From an uncultured Spirochaetota bacterium (GTDB lineage Bacteria; Spirochaetota; Brevinematia; Brevinematales; JAOACQ01): a stretch of 64,000 nucleotides of DNA. Numbering within the stretch: position 1 is the first letter of the stretch; every line of letters starts with the position of its first letter. Below the pieces are notes generated by a model. That model did no database searches and had not been told where the DNA came from. It worked only from the letters and a program-made list of their open reading frames with translations. Position numbers and translations under genes: made by a program. The DNA is taken from assembly GCA_963768055.1 (NCBI GenBank), contig CAVYGN010000002.1, positions 1,504,001 to 1,568,000 on the forward strand. Reading direction: 5' to 3'. Shown here piece after piece: positions 9,692 through 19,844 of this stretch.

Positions 9692-10528
9692 TTGAGTATT
9701 AATATTTATTATTTTTCTGGTACAGGTAATTCATATTTTGTTGCAAGGGATATAGCAAAAAATACTGGCGGAAAACTTATTTCGATAGCTTCTGTTTCGG
9801 ATAAAGAAAACATCACCGCAGAATCAGGCATAATTGGAATAATATTTCCCCGTTATTATGGTTATGAGATCGGAATGCCTCTAATGGTAAGAAATTTCAT
9901 ATTAAAACTAGAGAATATTGAATCCAAATATATTTTTGCGATGTGCATTTATGGGGCCGGATTTGGCGATATTTTTATTATAATAGATAAACTGATTAAA
10001 TCGCGCGGAGGTAAACTGTCAGCCGGTTACGGAGTGCCTATGCCTCAAAATGCGTTTAATAAGCCGTGGGTAAAAAATATGAGGTTATTTCAAAAATGGG
10101 ATGAGAGGAAGGAAATAATTTGTAATAATATTAAATCAAAGAAAATTAAAAAATTCGACAAAACCGGTTTTTTATTGAGGCTGCTTACTGTGGTTTTATC
10201 ACCGGTATTAAAGCCAACGGTTAAGCAAAGTATGGCCAAATGTGCAAATTTAACTGAGGATCAACCTTTTGAAAGAATAATACATTTTGCGGACAATAGT
10301 TTCAAATTAGACGAACAGTGCAACGGCTGCGGCATCTGCTTAAAAGTATGCCCGGCAGGCAATATTAAAATAATCGCTAACAAACCTTTATGGCAGCACC
10401 ATTGTGAAAATTGCCTGGCTTGTTTTAACTGGTGTCCAAATAACGCTATTCATAGCACTATAACCTTGAATAATTATCATTATCACCATCCTGAAGTAAA
10501 GGCATCTGATATGTTCATATTGAAATAA
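9692..10528 (+). CDS. EFR1-family flavodoxin-like/4Fe-4S ferredoxin fusion
   Basis: YYFSGTGNS N-terminus; CNGCGICLKVCP and CENCLACFNWCP; TTG start after GGGAGG. Confidence 0.88.
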   Translation: MSINIYYFSGTGNSYFVARDIAKNTGGKLISIASVSDKENITAESGIIGIIFPRYYGYEIGMPLMVRNFILKLENIESKYIFAMCIYGAGFGDIFIIIDKLIKSRGGKLSAGYGVPMPQNAFNKPWVKNMRLFQKWDERKEIICNNIKSKKIKKFDKTGFLLRLLTVVLSPVLKPTVKQSMAKCANLTEDQPFERIIHFADNSFKLDEQCNGCGICLKVCPAGNIKIIANKPLWQHHCENCLACFNWCPNNAIHSTITLNNYHYHHPEVKASDMFILK

Positions 10529-10571
10529 ACATAAAATAAATAAAGATGGTACTTCTTTGTTAAAATGCGAA

Positions 10572-12272
10572 TTGCCTGTCGTTTAATACAATTTAAAAAA
10601 ACAGGGATTCTCTTACGATATCATGCTTAAATTTTTGAAAAAGTTTGGTCAGCCCTCGGATAAATTCCAAAGATTGAAACAGCTTTTTTATAATGGTTGA
10701 AATCCTACCAAATTCCCTCCTATTTCCTCATATAGTTGATATAACGACACATATTCTGTGCCAGAACCGCCCAGCAGAGGTCCATCCTGACATTTGACTT
10801 TCCCCGGTAATAAGTCTGTTGAAAGTTACGCTGGTTTTTTATGTTTGCATGAACATGTTCTTTACCTATTCGTTTCGAGTATATTTTTTGACCTTCCTCG
10901 CTTCGGAATTTATTCATGTATTTTTCTATCTTATCCCAATTTTCAACCTCGAATCTATAATACGAAACTGTCTTATGTAAAGTCGTTTCCTTCGTCTTAC
11001 TATAACATTCTGGCATGAAAGGACAACCCTTACACTTTTTGCGGTCAAACAGGAATGAGAAACTATTGGTTCTCTTATTCCAATATCCCTTTGTTTCCTT
11101 ATTATTACGACATTTGAGTTTATATTGTCCCTCTGTATTTATTAACTTAAAATTTTTCCGCTTTTCGGATTTATCGCAGAAATCCCTTTCCCTGACATCA
11201 ATATACATATCAAGCCCTTTATCCTCGAGCTTGAGTGTTTTTTCCATGTTTTGAAATCCCCAATCAAATAAATATTTGCTTTCTTCTTCAGCTCCAAAAT
11301 CCTTCTTAAGCTCTTCAACCCCATTGACCAATTCTTCTGTATAATTACATTCCTTTTCATAAGTGATTACATCAAAATCAAGAACAACATCATTATTGCT
11401 TAACATAAGCAGCGCATTATACCCCTGGATATATCCATCTTTCGAACCTGACACTGTCAAACCACTATCCGGATCTGTTAGATTAACCCGTTTCTTTTCA
11501 GATTTTTTGTTCGTTTCATCATCTTCGATGCATTTATTCATCTTGGAAATAGCCTTTTCAATTTTTCGCTTCTGTCTGATAATGCGCATCTTTTTCGCAT
11601 CATGCTCTTTAGGGTCGATTTTACCCTCTTCGAAATCTTTTTCAAGTTCAATATCCCGTTCAACTATCTTGTCAGCCGTCTCGTGATATGCTTCAAGAAG
11701 TTTTTGTATGAATCCCCTGCCTATGTTCTGGCCTTTACTCGCATAAGCCTTAATCTTAGTTCCGTCGCCTGCAACAATGCTCCAGTCTATCATTTCAATT
11801 TCATTCATTACATAAAGCATTTTGCTGAAAACATTTTTAATCTGTTCCCGAAATTTAATCTTGAAATTACAAATGATCGAATGATCAATCTTAAGACAAT
11901 TAGAGATATACATGAACCCGATGTGAGTTTTCAGGAGTTCTTCGATCTTGCGGCTTGAACGGTTTCCTGTAATGTAACCGTAAAGGATTGCCGCGACGAC
12001 ATCTTGAGGATTTTTGATTTTACGGCCAGTATGATCGTTCTTGTATTCTTCTTCAAAATCTTCAATTTTTACATTTTTCTGAATAAACTCTTTTATAATA
12101 TATTCACGGCTATCCGGATCAAACTGATCTTCAAGTTGGATAGATAAAAACAATCCCTGGCTGCTTGTATTATGCTCGAAGTTTGCCATAGATTACTCCC
12201 GTTTTTCTTACATTTATTATAACGGGATGAGGTCTCAATGTACATGGGTTATTGATAAAAAACGACAGGCAA
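10572..12272. mobile_element. IS1182-family insertion sequence
   Basis: 13-bp perfect IRs TTGCCTGTCGTTT (10572-10584) and AAACGACAGGCAA (12260-12272) around a transposase; flanks CGAA/CGTA. Confidence 0.8.
10720..12189 (-). CDS. IS1182-family DDE transposase
   Basis: LYGY..GNRSSRKIE, DHSIICNF, GDGTKIKAYAS, NLTDPDS, GYNA, C-terminal CxxC and Y.KR..KEH. Confidence 0.88.
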   Translation of the reverse strand: MANFEHNTSSQGLFLSIQLEDQFDPDSREYIIKEFIQKNVKIEDFEEEYKNDHTGRKIKNPQDVVAAILYGYITGNRSSRKIEELLKTHIGFMYISNCLKIDHSIICNFKIKFREQIKNVFSKMLYVMNEIEMIDWSIVAGDGTKIKAYASKGQNIGRGFIQKLLEAYHETADKIVERDIELEKDFEEGKIDPKEHDAKKMRIIRQKRKIEKAISKMNKCIEDDETNKKSEKKRVNLTDPDSGLTVSGSKDGYIQGYNALLMLSNNDVVLDFDVITYEKECNYTEELVNGVEELKKDFGAEEESKYLFDWGFQNMEKTLKLEDKGLDMYIDVRERDFCDKSEKRKNFKLINTEGQYKLKCRNNKETKGYWNKRTNSFSFLFDRKKCKGCPFMPECYSKTKETTLHKTVSYYRFEVENWDKIEKYMNKFRSEEGQKIYSKRIGKEHVHANIKNQRNFQQTYYRGKSNVRMDLCWAVLAQNMCRYINYMRK

Positions 12273-12531
12273 CGTATGTTTTAACAAGCAGGTCACTTTG
12301 AACAGGGCATTTATAAAAAAAGTGAAAATCCGGATAACTACACCATAGGAAAGTAAGAGAAAATTATCTTGGCTTAAAATCGATAAAATCTTGGCTGGCG
12401 ACAGAGTTTAAAAAAAACATCTTTTATAGGAGTTAAATAAATGGATGATACACTCTCCGTGCCTCTGTGTGAAAATTACCTGCGAAAGCATCTGATTAAA
12501 TAAAGGATGAGGCTGATGTCATTATGGATCG

Positions 12532-13008
12532 TTATTTAATTTTCAGGTACATATGCTGAACGTATGGAATAAAACCCATTTTTTTCCAGAAGTTCATCGA
12601 TTTATCATTCTTTATCGATGTAAACAGCTCTATCTGTTTTATACTTTTCGATTTAAACCAGCGAACAGCTTCGGCGAAAAGAAGTTCGCCCGCGCCCATC
12701 CGCTGGTATTTTTCCAGAATGCCCATATTATCTATATAACCGTATTCCGGATCGGGATAAACCGGCGGTTTCTGCTTGAGCATTCCAAGGCAATAGCCGA
12801 TGACTTCGGACCGGTATTCCGCCACAAGAACTATCGAGGAATCCGAATCCAAGTTATCTTTAATATATTTTTCGAATAATAAATCATGGTTTTCAACCCG
12901 GATAAATTGCGGATCGAGGTTGTAATGGTATTCTGCAAATTCCCTGAATATCATCCTGATCCCGGTTAAATCGGATGATCTGCACTTTCGAATAATAATA
13001 TCTTTCGT
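12532..13008 (-). CDS. GNAT family N-acetyltransferase (apparent ACG start; first ATG at 12954)
   Basis: IDNMGILEKYQRMGAG motif A and FWKKMGF. The frame stays open upstream to ACG-KDIIIRKC..D, 7 nt after AGGAG. Confidence 0.82.
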   Translation of the reverse strand, partial: TKDIIIRKCRSSDLTGIRMIFREFAEYHYNLDPQFIRVENHDLLFEKYIKDNLDSDSSIVLVAEYRSEVIGYCLGMLKQKPPVYPDPEYGYIDNMGILEKYQRMGAGELLFAEAVRWFKSKSIKQIELFTSIKNDKSMNFWKKMGFIPYVQHMYLKIK

Positions 13009-13020
13009 AAAAATGCTCCT

Positions 13021-13374
13021 TTAAGACGCCGCGAAGGACGAAGTTTCCACCGGAATATAACCCGCGCTTTCCATCAGGCGGTCTATCTGGTAAAAACTCC
13101 GTCTTTCTTCGAGAAATACATGTATTATTATGTCGCCGAAATCCAGCAGGCACCAGCCTCCATGCCATTCTTCCATGCCGTTTTTTAAGCCGATTCCGTT
13201 GTTTTTCATCTGCCTTATGAGATTATTCCTGACCGCTTCAAGCTGGATTATGCTCTCTGCCGTCGAGATGAAAAAATAATTGGCCAGGATGGAGTTGCCG
13301 TTCGAATTGAATATTTTAATATCAAGTAATTTCAACCGGTTCATTTCTTTCAATATTTCCAGGATAAGGTCCAT
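13021..13374 (-). CDS. rsfS: Ribosome silencing factor
   Basis: LANYFFISTA, GWCLLDFGDIIIHVF..RSFYQIDRL (Iojap/RsfS signature). Confidence 0.88.
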   Translation of the reverse strand: MDLILEILKEMNRLKLLDIKIFNSNGNSILANYFFISTAESIIQLEAVRNNLIRQMKNNGIGLKNGMEEWHGGWCLLDFGDIIIHVFLEERRSFYQIDRLMESAGYIPVETSSFAAS

Positions 13375-13386
13375 CAATTGCCCCGA

Positions 13387-14175
13387 TTAAAATTTCGCCA
13401 GGGTATGCGATAAAGCGTAAGGATCCATTTCTTTCATTACAACTCCGTTATAGATCTGGAGGAGGTCCGGCACCGACAGACCGGATAATCCGCTCGTCTT
13501 TCCGATTGTTTCAAGTTCCTGGGCGGAAGCGGGGTTATTCCGGATATCTGCGGACAGTTTTTGAGCCGCGGCTGCAATGTTTCCCGCTTTAAAATCGGCA
13601 AGGGCGCCGCAGCCTTTTAATAATTTGAGAAGGTAATAAACAAGCTCCTTTTGGGTGGCTTCCGGGAATATTGTGTGCCTGAGGAATGAATAAACCTGTT
13701 CATCTGAAAATCCGTACATGCGGTATTCGGTTTTAAGAGAATCCACGAGCCTTTTGAAGGAATCGTTTTTTTTGTACATCAGGCTGTAAGAAACCATAAA
13801 ATTAGTATTTAAGGCAAATCCCTTTTGGGTATCGGGATCGAGCATTTTCATAAATATATAATAATTGTCCCTGTTCAGTTCTTTTAATATTACTTCCCTG
13901 AAAAAATGAGAAGTCTGAAACGCATCGAATGTAGATATAGCCTCGTAATACTGGATATCTTTCCACTTGGCGTATAGATTTTTATCGCTTATTAGGCGAG
14001 GATTTAGCGAAGCTGCCAGTTTATCAAGTTCCCCGGAGGCAAAATACACCTTTTCCTGACTGTCAAGCAAAAAATAAAATCTGTCGAACCTTAATTTGTA
14101 TCTGTATTTTTCAGTTGTAATGGAACATCCGAGAAATAGACCCGAGATGATCAGGACGGTTATTATTTTAGCCAT
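13387..14175 (-). CDS. Hypothetical lipoprotein
   Basis: Signal peptide ending LFLGC; lies in an operon between lolA and rsfS. Confidence 0.65.
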   Translation of the reverse strand: MAKIITVLIISGLFLGCSITTEKYRYKLRFDRFYFLLDSQEKVYFASGELDKLAASLNPRLISDKNLYAKWKDIQYYEAISTFDAFQTSHFFREVILKELNRDNYYIFMKMLDPDTQKGFALNTNFMVSYSLMYKKNDSFKRLVDSLKTEYRMYGFSDEQVYSFLRHTIFPEATQKELVYYLLKLLKGCGALADFKAGNIAAAAQKLSADIRNNPASAQELETIGKTSGLSGLSVPDLLQIYNGVVMKEMDPYALSHTLAKF

Positions 14176-14208
14176 TTAGCGCTCCTTCCACGGCCTTATA
14201 AACAGGCA

Positions 14209-14931
14209 TTATTCATTTTGTTCAGGCTGTTCATTATTCGGCAGGAGAATATTTTCATATTGCTGGGTATTTTCATCGGGTTTATAATCGAAATTATCAT
14301 CGGATACAGGCTGATTGATGCTGGAAGCATTATAACTTATGCCCATTTCTACCGTATTTCCCAATTGATTCTGGGCTTCAACCTTTAATATATCTCCTTC
14401 AAGGCCGGCTATCATATTTATATATTTGAAACCTGCAGTATTGCTTTTAGGTATGAAAATGATCTTGTAGCATTCCGTGTTCTTATAACTTACCATATAA
14501 TTTGTTTTCGGTAATGTCGGAACGTATTCTTTTAACAGCCTGTCGATATTCCAGCCGACAAGAGGGCTTTTTTTATCCTTTTCCAGCGTTTCATTGATAG
14601 CTATGTTCTGGTCCTTGAAAACGAGCCACAGGTTTTTGCCGTCGGATATGAATTTTTGACCGGTTTCCACACTGGCACCTGTAGACGACTTTCCGTAAAA
14701 AGACATGATAAATTTGTCGGGAGCCTTATATTCTATAACGCCTCCGAATGTTTTATTATTAAATGAGTAAGTAAAAGAGCCTGAAAAGGTCCTCGTCTGC
14801 ACTATTTTTTCTTTTATGATCCGGATGATGTCCATTGGGGCTGCAACCGCAATTTTCTTTGCCGAAACAGGCACGATGGAACCTATGACCAGCACAAGGG
14901 CGGTAAAGAACACCGTTCGGTATCTGAACAT
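14209..14931 (-). CDS. lolA: Outer-membrane lipoprotein carrier LolA-like protein
   Basis: Signal peptide, G.IEYKAPDKF, FISDGKNLWL, C-terminal NQPVSDDNFDYKP. Confidence 0.72.
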   Translation of the reverse strand: MFRYRTVFFTALVLVIGSIVPVSAKKIAVAAPMDIIRIIKEKIVQTRTFSGSFTYSFNNKTFGGVIEYKAPDKFIMSFYGKSSTGASVETGQKFISDGKNLWLVFKDQNIAINETLEKDKKSPLVGWNIDRLLKEYVPTLPKTNYMVSYKNTECYKIIFIPKSNTAGFKYINMIAGLEGDILKVEAQNQLGNTVEMGISYNASSINQPVSDDNFDYKPDENTQQYENILLPNNEQPEQNE

Positions 14932-14949
14932 GCTTTTCTCCTAAAAATG

Positions 14950-15033
14950 TGCCGGGGACGGGACTTGAACCCACACAGGCGTGAACCTACTAGAACCTGA
15001 ATCTAGCGCGTCTGCCAATTCCGCCACCCCGGC
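14950..15033 (-). tRNA. tRNA-Leu (CAG)
   Basis: GCCGGGGTGGCGGAATTGGCAGACGCGCTAGA-TT-CAG-GT-TCTAG..long variable arm..GGGTTCAAGTCCC GTCCCCGGCA; CCA not encoded. Confidence 0.97.
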
Positions 15034-15100
15034 ATTTTGAACCGGAACCATTTTAAATTAAATTTGAAGATTTATCAATATTTGGGAATCGATTCGAATT

Positions 15101-15164
15101 AGTCGCCAGTCTGCAGTCTGCAGTCTATAGTGCACTGTTGACTATCGACTATTGACTTTCGACT
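15101..15164. repeat. Inverted array of 7-nt repeats (AGTCnnn x4 / nnnGACT x4)
   Basis: agtcgcc agtctgc agtctgc agtctat agt..gact atcgact attgact ttcgact. Confidence 0.6.
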
Positions 15165-15283
15165 TAAGGGCAGTTCTAATAACTAGCATTATTAATAACA
15201 ATTATAATGCTGGTTAATATATAATCTGCCCTATGGGCACTACCTTACCGACGCGAAGCGGAGGTTTTTAGAAGTGCCCTTAA
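15164..15283. mobile_element. MITE-like element, same family as 3294-3514
   Basis: TTAAGGGCAGTTCTAATAAC ... GTTTTTAGAAGTGCCCTTAA; internal AAGGTAGTGC and CCCATAGGG are shared with the first copy in opposite orientation. Confidence 0.7.
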
Positions 15284-15287
15284 CATG

Positions 15288-15881
15288 CTACCGGATAAAA
15301 ATAGCGTTTATAACCAGCGATGGCAGCGACGAAATAAAGAAAACCATAGCGCTGCAGAGAGGATCCATTTTATAGGCCTTAATGAGGACTATAATGGATA
15401 ATAGCATTGCCCATAATTCGGGTAATATAAAAAGGCTGAGGACTTCGGCAAACCATGGCAGCCGGAAGAAAAAAAGTTTCGGCGCCAGTGTTAAAATGAA
15501 GGACGGAGTCAGAAGCGCGAATACCTGAGCCGGGAAAGCCTTTTCGAAGTTTCCCTTTCCTCCCATGATTCTTGCAAGGATCGCCGAAAGCGCGGAGTAT
15601 GAAAGGACGCCTGCGGATATTGCCGGAAACGCGCTAAAAGCCTGCAGGAGATAAAGGTTACCCGGATTTACGGCAAGGAACGGTTTCAGGGGCGTTTTCA
15701 TGCCTGTGAAAAAATACAACAGGGAAATGATTGAAAGGCACAAGCAGTATATGAGCATGAAGGAAAAACCGGGTAAAAGGCCTCCCCTGTCGCACAATAA
15801 TTCATCCGCAAAAACCCGGGGTTTTATGGCAAAACCGATGAAAAAATGCAGAGTCTTTAATAATATATTTTTTATTGTCAT
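15288..15881 (-). CDS. YIP1-like integral membrane protein
   Basis: KPRVFADE N-terminus, about 5 TM segments, ARIMGGKGNF motif. Confidence 0.7.
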   Translation of the reverse strand: MTIKNILLKTLHFFIGFAIKPRVFADELLCDRGGLLPGFSFMLIYCLCLSIISLLYFFTGMKTPLKPFLAVNPGNLYLLQAFSAFPAISAGVLSYSALSAILARIMGGKGNFEKAFPAQVFALLTPSFILTLAPKLFFFRLPWFAEVLSLFILPELWAMLLSIIVLIKAYKMDPLCSAMVFFISSLPSLVINAIFIR

Positions 15882-16273
15882 TTTCTTTTATGGGGCCTGT
15901 CAGGTTTGCTCCAGATCTTAGCCAGGGTTTTCAGCATAAGATCGGCTTCTTCAATTTCCTGAGCAAAGCTTGTGTGAGGGGTCAATGTTTTTTTATATTT
16001 TTCGATTGCCGTTCTTACATTGTCAATGACCGCCAGATCTTCCTGAGTGATGATCCTTCCGCCCTTTGTAGCGTCCTCGATCCATTGAATCAGTATCCCG
16101 GCTTCCAATAGGGACAATTCGATCGACTTTCCTGAATTCCCGATCATAATAGCGAGGTTCTGGTGTTCCGGGATCGTAACCTCGGCATCGCCCCAATGAC
16201 CCTGGTGAAGGTCGGCTTCTGCATATTTGAGGAGCCTGTTCTTTATAATATCGTTGATCAAAATGTTAATCAT
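15878..16273 (-). CDS. Hypothetical protein
   Basis: ATG at 16273 after GGGGAG; its stop overlaps the next start (ATGA). Confidence 0.6.
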   Translation of the reverse strand: MINILINDIIKNRLLKYAEADLHQGHWGDAEVTIPEHQNLAIMIGNSGKSIELSLLEAGILIQWIEDATKGGRIITQEDLAVIDNVRTAIEKYKKTLTPHTSFAQEIEEADLMLKTLAKIWSKPDRPHKRK

Positions 16274-16428
16274 TGTTCTCCCCATACCTTCATCATCATA
16301 AGTTTTTTGCGAACAGATTCTTAAATATATTTTATATCGTGCAATCAGTTTTAGCAAAATTTTGAAAAAAAACTGTATTCCGATTATATTATTCGACGGG
16401 GGAGTCGATATGCCTTGCGTGCCTTTTT

Positions 16429-17145
16429 ATGATTGAAATGAATAATTTTTACAACATTGGGGCCCTTGAGTTATTAGAACAGATAAAGGATAATACTATT
16501 GACCTGGTTTTAACAGATCCGCCCTATATTATATCCAGAAACACGGGTTTTAATGCATGCGGCCCCAAAGGGATTGAACGCTTCAGGATCAGTATGGATT
16601 TCGGGCTCTGGGACAATCTTCCTATTATAAAACATGCAGAACTGATGAAAGCGGCTATAAAGGAATATTACAGAGTATTGAAGAAAAGCGGAACCTGTAT
16701 TATCTGGTACGATTTATTTAAAATAGGCTTTTTAAGGGACTCTCTGGAATCAGAGGGATTTAAGCAGGTTCGATTTATCGAATGGATAAAAACAAACCCC
16801 GTGCCTATTAACAGTAAAACAAATTATCTCACAAACAGCAGAGAAACCGCCTTATCCGCAGTTAAGAAAGGGAAACCTGTTTTCAATAGCGAATATGATA
16901 ACGGCGTTTATTCGGCTCCAATTCACAGGGACGGGGGGAAACGCCTTCATCCCACGCAAAAACCGCTTGGAATAACCAGAGACCTTATTCTAAAACATTC
17001 TCCGGAAGGCGGTATTGTCCTGGACACCTTCTGCGGAAGCGCAACAACGCTCGTAGCAGCTATCCAGACCGGAAGAAACTATATAGGCTGCGAAATAGAT
17101 GAAAATTACTTCAATTCGGGATTAAAACGAATACTCTCCCTTTGA
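16429..17145 (+). CDS. Solitary N4/N6 DNA methyltransferase (beta class)
   Basis: LTDPPY, HPTQKP, VLDTFCGSATT..GRNYIGCEID. Confidence 0.9.
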   Translation: MIEMNNFYNIGALELLEQIKDNTIDLVLTDPPYIISRNTGFNACGPKGIERFRISMDFGLWDNLPIIKHAELMKAAIKEYYRVLKKSGTCIIWYDLFKIGFLRDSLESEGFKQVRFIEWIKTNPVPINSKTNYLTNSRETALSAVKKGKPVFNSEYDNGVYSAPIHRDGGKRLHPTQKPLGITRDLILKHSPEGGIVLDTFCGSATTLVAAIQTGRNYIGCEIDENYFNSGLKRILSL

Positions 17146-17215
17146 CCATTCTTTTAAAAATGCCGAATAGATGGTATAATATCAGGTATATGCGCTTATA
17201 AATAAGGGGATTGCC

Positions 17216-18220
17216 ATGAAGTTATCCAAGATAGCCGGGATTATAAAAGGTACCCTGAACGGGGGAGATATCGAGATTACAGGTGTTTCGGATCTTGAAT
17301 TTCAAATTCCGGGTACTATCGCTTTCGCAGCCGACAGAAAAAATTTTGAAAAACTCGAATCATCGGAAGCGTCCGCGCTTATCCTGCCGCCGGGCCTTTC
17401 CAGCTCAAAACCTTTCATTATTTCGAAAAACCCGAAAATAGCCTTTTCGAAAGTCCTGGAGTTATTCAATCCTTATAAACCATATAAAAGAGAGATTTAT
17501 CCCGAGGTTTATATTGAAAAGGGGGCGAGGATAGGTTTAAATGTTACTATATTGCCCTTTACAGCAGTTATGGATAACTCGTCAATCGGCGACAATACTG
17601 TTATATATTCCCAGGTTTTTATAGGAAAAAATGTCAGGATAGGAAAAAACTGCATCATCAAGGCTGGTGTGAAAATCGATGATGAAACAGTCATCGGCGA
17701 TAACGTTGTCGTCTACCACAATACGGTTATCGGGGGAGAAGGGTTCGGGTTTATACAGAAAGACGGTGAAAACATCAAGATGCCTCAGATCGGAAGAATT
17801 GTCATAGGAGACGACGTTGAGATCGGTGCAGGCGTGACCATAGACCGGGCCACGGTCAGCGAGACCGTGATCGGGAAAGGAGTTAAAATCGACAATCTTG
17901 TCCAGATCGCCCATAATGTAAAGATCGGCGAAGGGACTGTCATAGCGGCTCAGACGGGGATATCGGGGAGCAGTACCATCGGTTCTCATTGCGTCATTGC
18001 CGGCCAGGCAGGCATTGCCGACCATGCTGTTATCGGGGATAATGTGATTGTTTTAGCCCAGTCCGGTGTCTTACCGGGAAGGACCGAGTCGAACAGTGTT
18101 TTATTCGGTTCTCCGGCAAGGGACGCTATGGAAGAAAAGCGCATACATTTATCGCTTTCCAGGCTGCCGGAGCTGATCAAGACAATAAGATTAATAAAAA
18201 AGAAACTGCAGCTGAATTGA
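17216..18220 (+). CDS. lpxD: UDP-3-O-acylglucosamine N-acyltransferase
   Basis: Hexapeptide repeats, [43 protein letters not shown]. Confidence 0.95.
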   Translation: MKLSKIAGIIKGTLNGGDIEITGVSDLEFQIPGTIAFAADRKNFEKLESSEASALILPPGLSSSKPFIISKNPKIAFSKVLELFNPYKPYKREIYPEVYIEKGARIGLNVTILPFTAVMDNSSIGDNTVIYSQVFIGKNVRIGKNCIIKAGVKIDDETVIGDNVVVYHNTVIGGEGFGFIQKDGENIKMPQIGRIVIGDDVEIGAGVTIDRATVSETVIGKGVKIDNLVQIAHNVKIGEGTVIAAQTGISGSSTIGSHCVIAGQAGIADHAVIGDNVIVLAQSGVLPGRTESNSVLFGSPARDAMEEKRIHLSLSRLPELIKTIRLIKKKLQLN

Positions 18221-18275
18221 CGAAACAAAAAACTCCAATTGATATGCATATTTCCCAATATTATAAGGGGGTTGT

Positions 18276-19844
18276 ATGTGTAATATAATTTCCATGTCCA
18301 GGCTATTATTCCCTGTATTTCTTCTGGCAATGTTTTACTCCTGCGGGAAGGAAGCAAAAAACACCGAAACCGTAATGAATACTAATTTTATAGATGAAAA
18401 TACAAGTACCCAGACAAACAAAGTGGTATATATCCTGCCCCTGGAAAACAAGGCCAATTCAAAATTTTATCACAATACTGCGCTTATCCAGGAGATATTA
18501 TTCAACTCTTTTTATTCTTTTATTCCTTACCTCCCGAGGGTAGATGTACCTGAAAAATCCGTTCTTCTCGGATTAAAAGCGGGGGACGCTGCAACGGTTT
18601 CAAACGAATATAAACCGGATTATATAGTTTACGGAAGCTATATACTCAAGGGAAGTAAATCAAACCCAAATGCCATAATAAGCATTCAGGTTATGAGCAG
18701 GACATCGGGGGAGTCTTTTTCGAATACATACATCGCGCCAACGGACATCGATCTATTCGACTCCGTCGACAGGATTATCGGGGAAATCGGCAGTTTTATT
18801 ATAAAAGAAAAAGCTCTTGTCGCTCATATCAATTTTGGTGATTTTAAAACGGGCTCTTCCGAGTATGAATTGAGGATAAACAACCGCTTGGTAGCACGGA
18901 TAACAAACAACGATTTTAAACTCGGTCTTAACGTACTGGCCGGGAAAAAATATCATGTGGAACTGGAAAGGCTGCGGGATTATCTAAAACTGATTGATGA
19001 TGATGTGATTTTAACCCCGGGCGATAGCACGAATTATTCTTACGCCAGTTTCTATTACATTTCGCCTGACATCGGTACATTGAAGTATGTTCCCGCCGGG
19101 ACCTTTCAGCGTGATTACGGGGTTAGCAACAAAAGCATGGTATCAGACTTCCATATAGGCGAATACGATATCACACGGGCTCAATTTTCTAATGTGATGG
19201 GGTTTGATCCAAGTGATGAAGATTATTCTACAGGGACCAATGATCCGGTACAAATGGTCAACTGGTACATGGCCCTTTCATTCTGCAACAAGCTGAGTAT
19301 GTTGGAAGGCCTGACTCCTGTGTATTCCATCAGAGGCAGTACCGATCCTTCCAAATGGGGAGCATTTTCATTGAAGAATAATACTTATATTGCCGCGAAC
19401 CGGTCTGCTAACGGATATCGTCTGCCTACGGAAATGGAATGGATGTGGGCGGCCATGGGGGCCGATACAGCAAATCCGGGGCGGGTTAATTACACAGGCT
19501 ATCAAAAGGCTTTTACAGGCAGCACGGGGGCTAATAATATTGACGGCTATGCCTGGACTACAAACAATAGTGGAAATAAAACTCATCCTGTAGGCACTAA
19601 ATTGCCTAACGAACTCGGACTGTACGACATAAATGGAAACGTGTGGCAGTGGTGCTGGGACTGGTATGCGGATTATCCCGGGGGCGCGGTGACTGACTAT
19701 GCCGGTGCAGCTTCGGGCTATTACCGCGTATTGCGCGGCGGCAGTTGGTTCGAGAATGTGTCCTGCGCCGCGGTTGCCTATCGCTACAGTAACAGCCCGT
19801 ACCTCAGTAGCTACGATCTCGGGTTCCGTGTCGTACGCCCCTGA
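18276..19844 (+). CDS. Lipoprotein with C-terminal FGE-sulfatase (SUMF1/CLec-fold) domain
   Basis: Signal peptide with FYSC; PVQMVNW, GYRLPTEMEW, PNELGLYDINGNVWQWCWDWY, RVLRGGSW..GFRVVRP. Confidence 0.9.
   Translation: MCNIISMSRLLFPVFLLAMFYSCGKEAKNTETVMNTNFIDENTSTQTNKVVYILPLENKANSKFYHNTALIQEILFNSFYSFIPYLPRVDVPEKSVLLGLKAGDAATVSNEYKPDYIVYGSYILKGSKSNPNAIISIQVMSRTSGESFSNTYIAPTDIDLFDSVDRIIGEIGSFIIKEKALVAHINFGDFKTGSSEYELRINNRLVARITNNDFKLGLNVLAGKKYHVELERLRDYLKLIDDDVILTPGDSTNYSYASFYYISPDIGTLKYVPAGTFQRDYGVSNKSMVSDFHIGEYDITRAQFSNVMGFDPSDEDYSTGTNDPVQMVNWYMALSFCNKLSMLEGLTPVYSIRGSTDPSKWGAFSLKNNTYIAANRSANGYRLPTEMEWMWAAMGADTANPGRVNYTGYQKAFTGSTGANNIDGYAWTTNNSGNKTHPVGTKLPNELGLYDINGNVWQWCWDWYADYPGGAVTDYAGAASGYYRVLRGGSWFENVSCAAVAYRYSNSPYLSSYDLGFRVVRP

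Noticed and set aside
14950..15033. tRNA-Leu as an island attachment site
   Set aside because: No integrase and no duplicated tRNA 3' end seen; the 3' neighbour is lolA.
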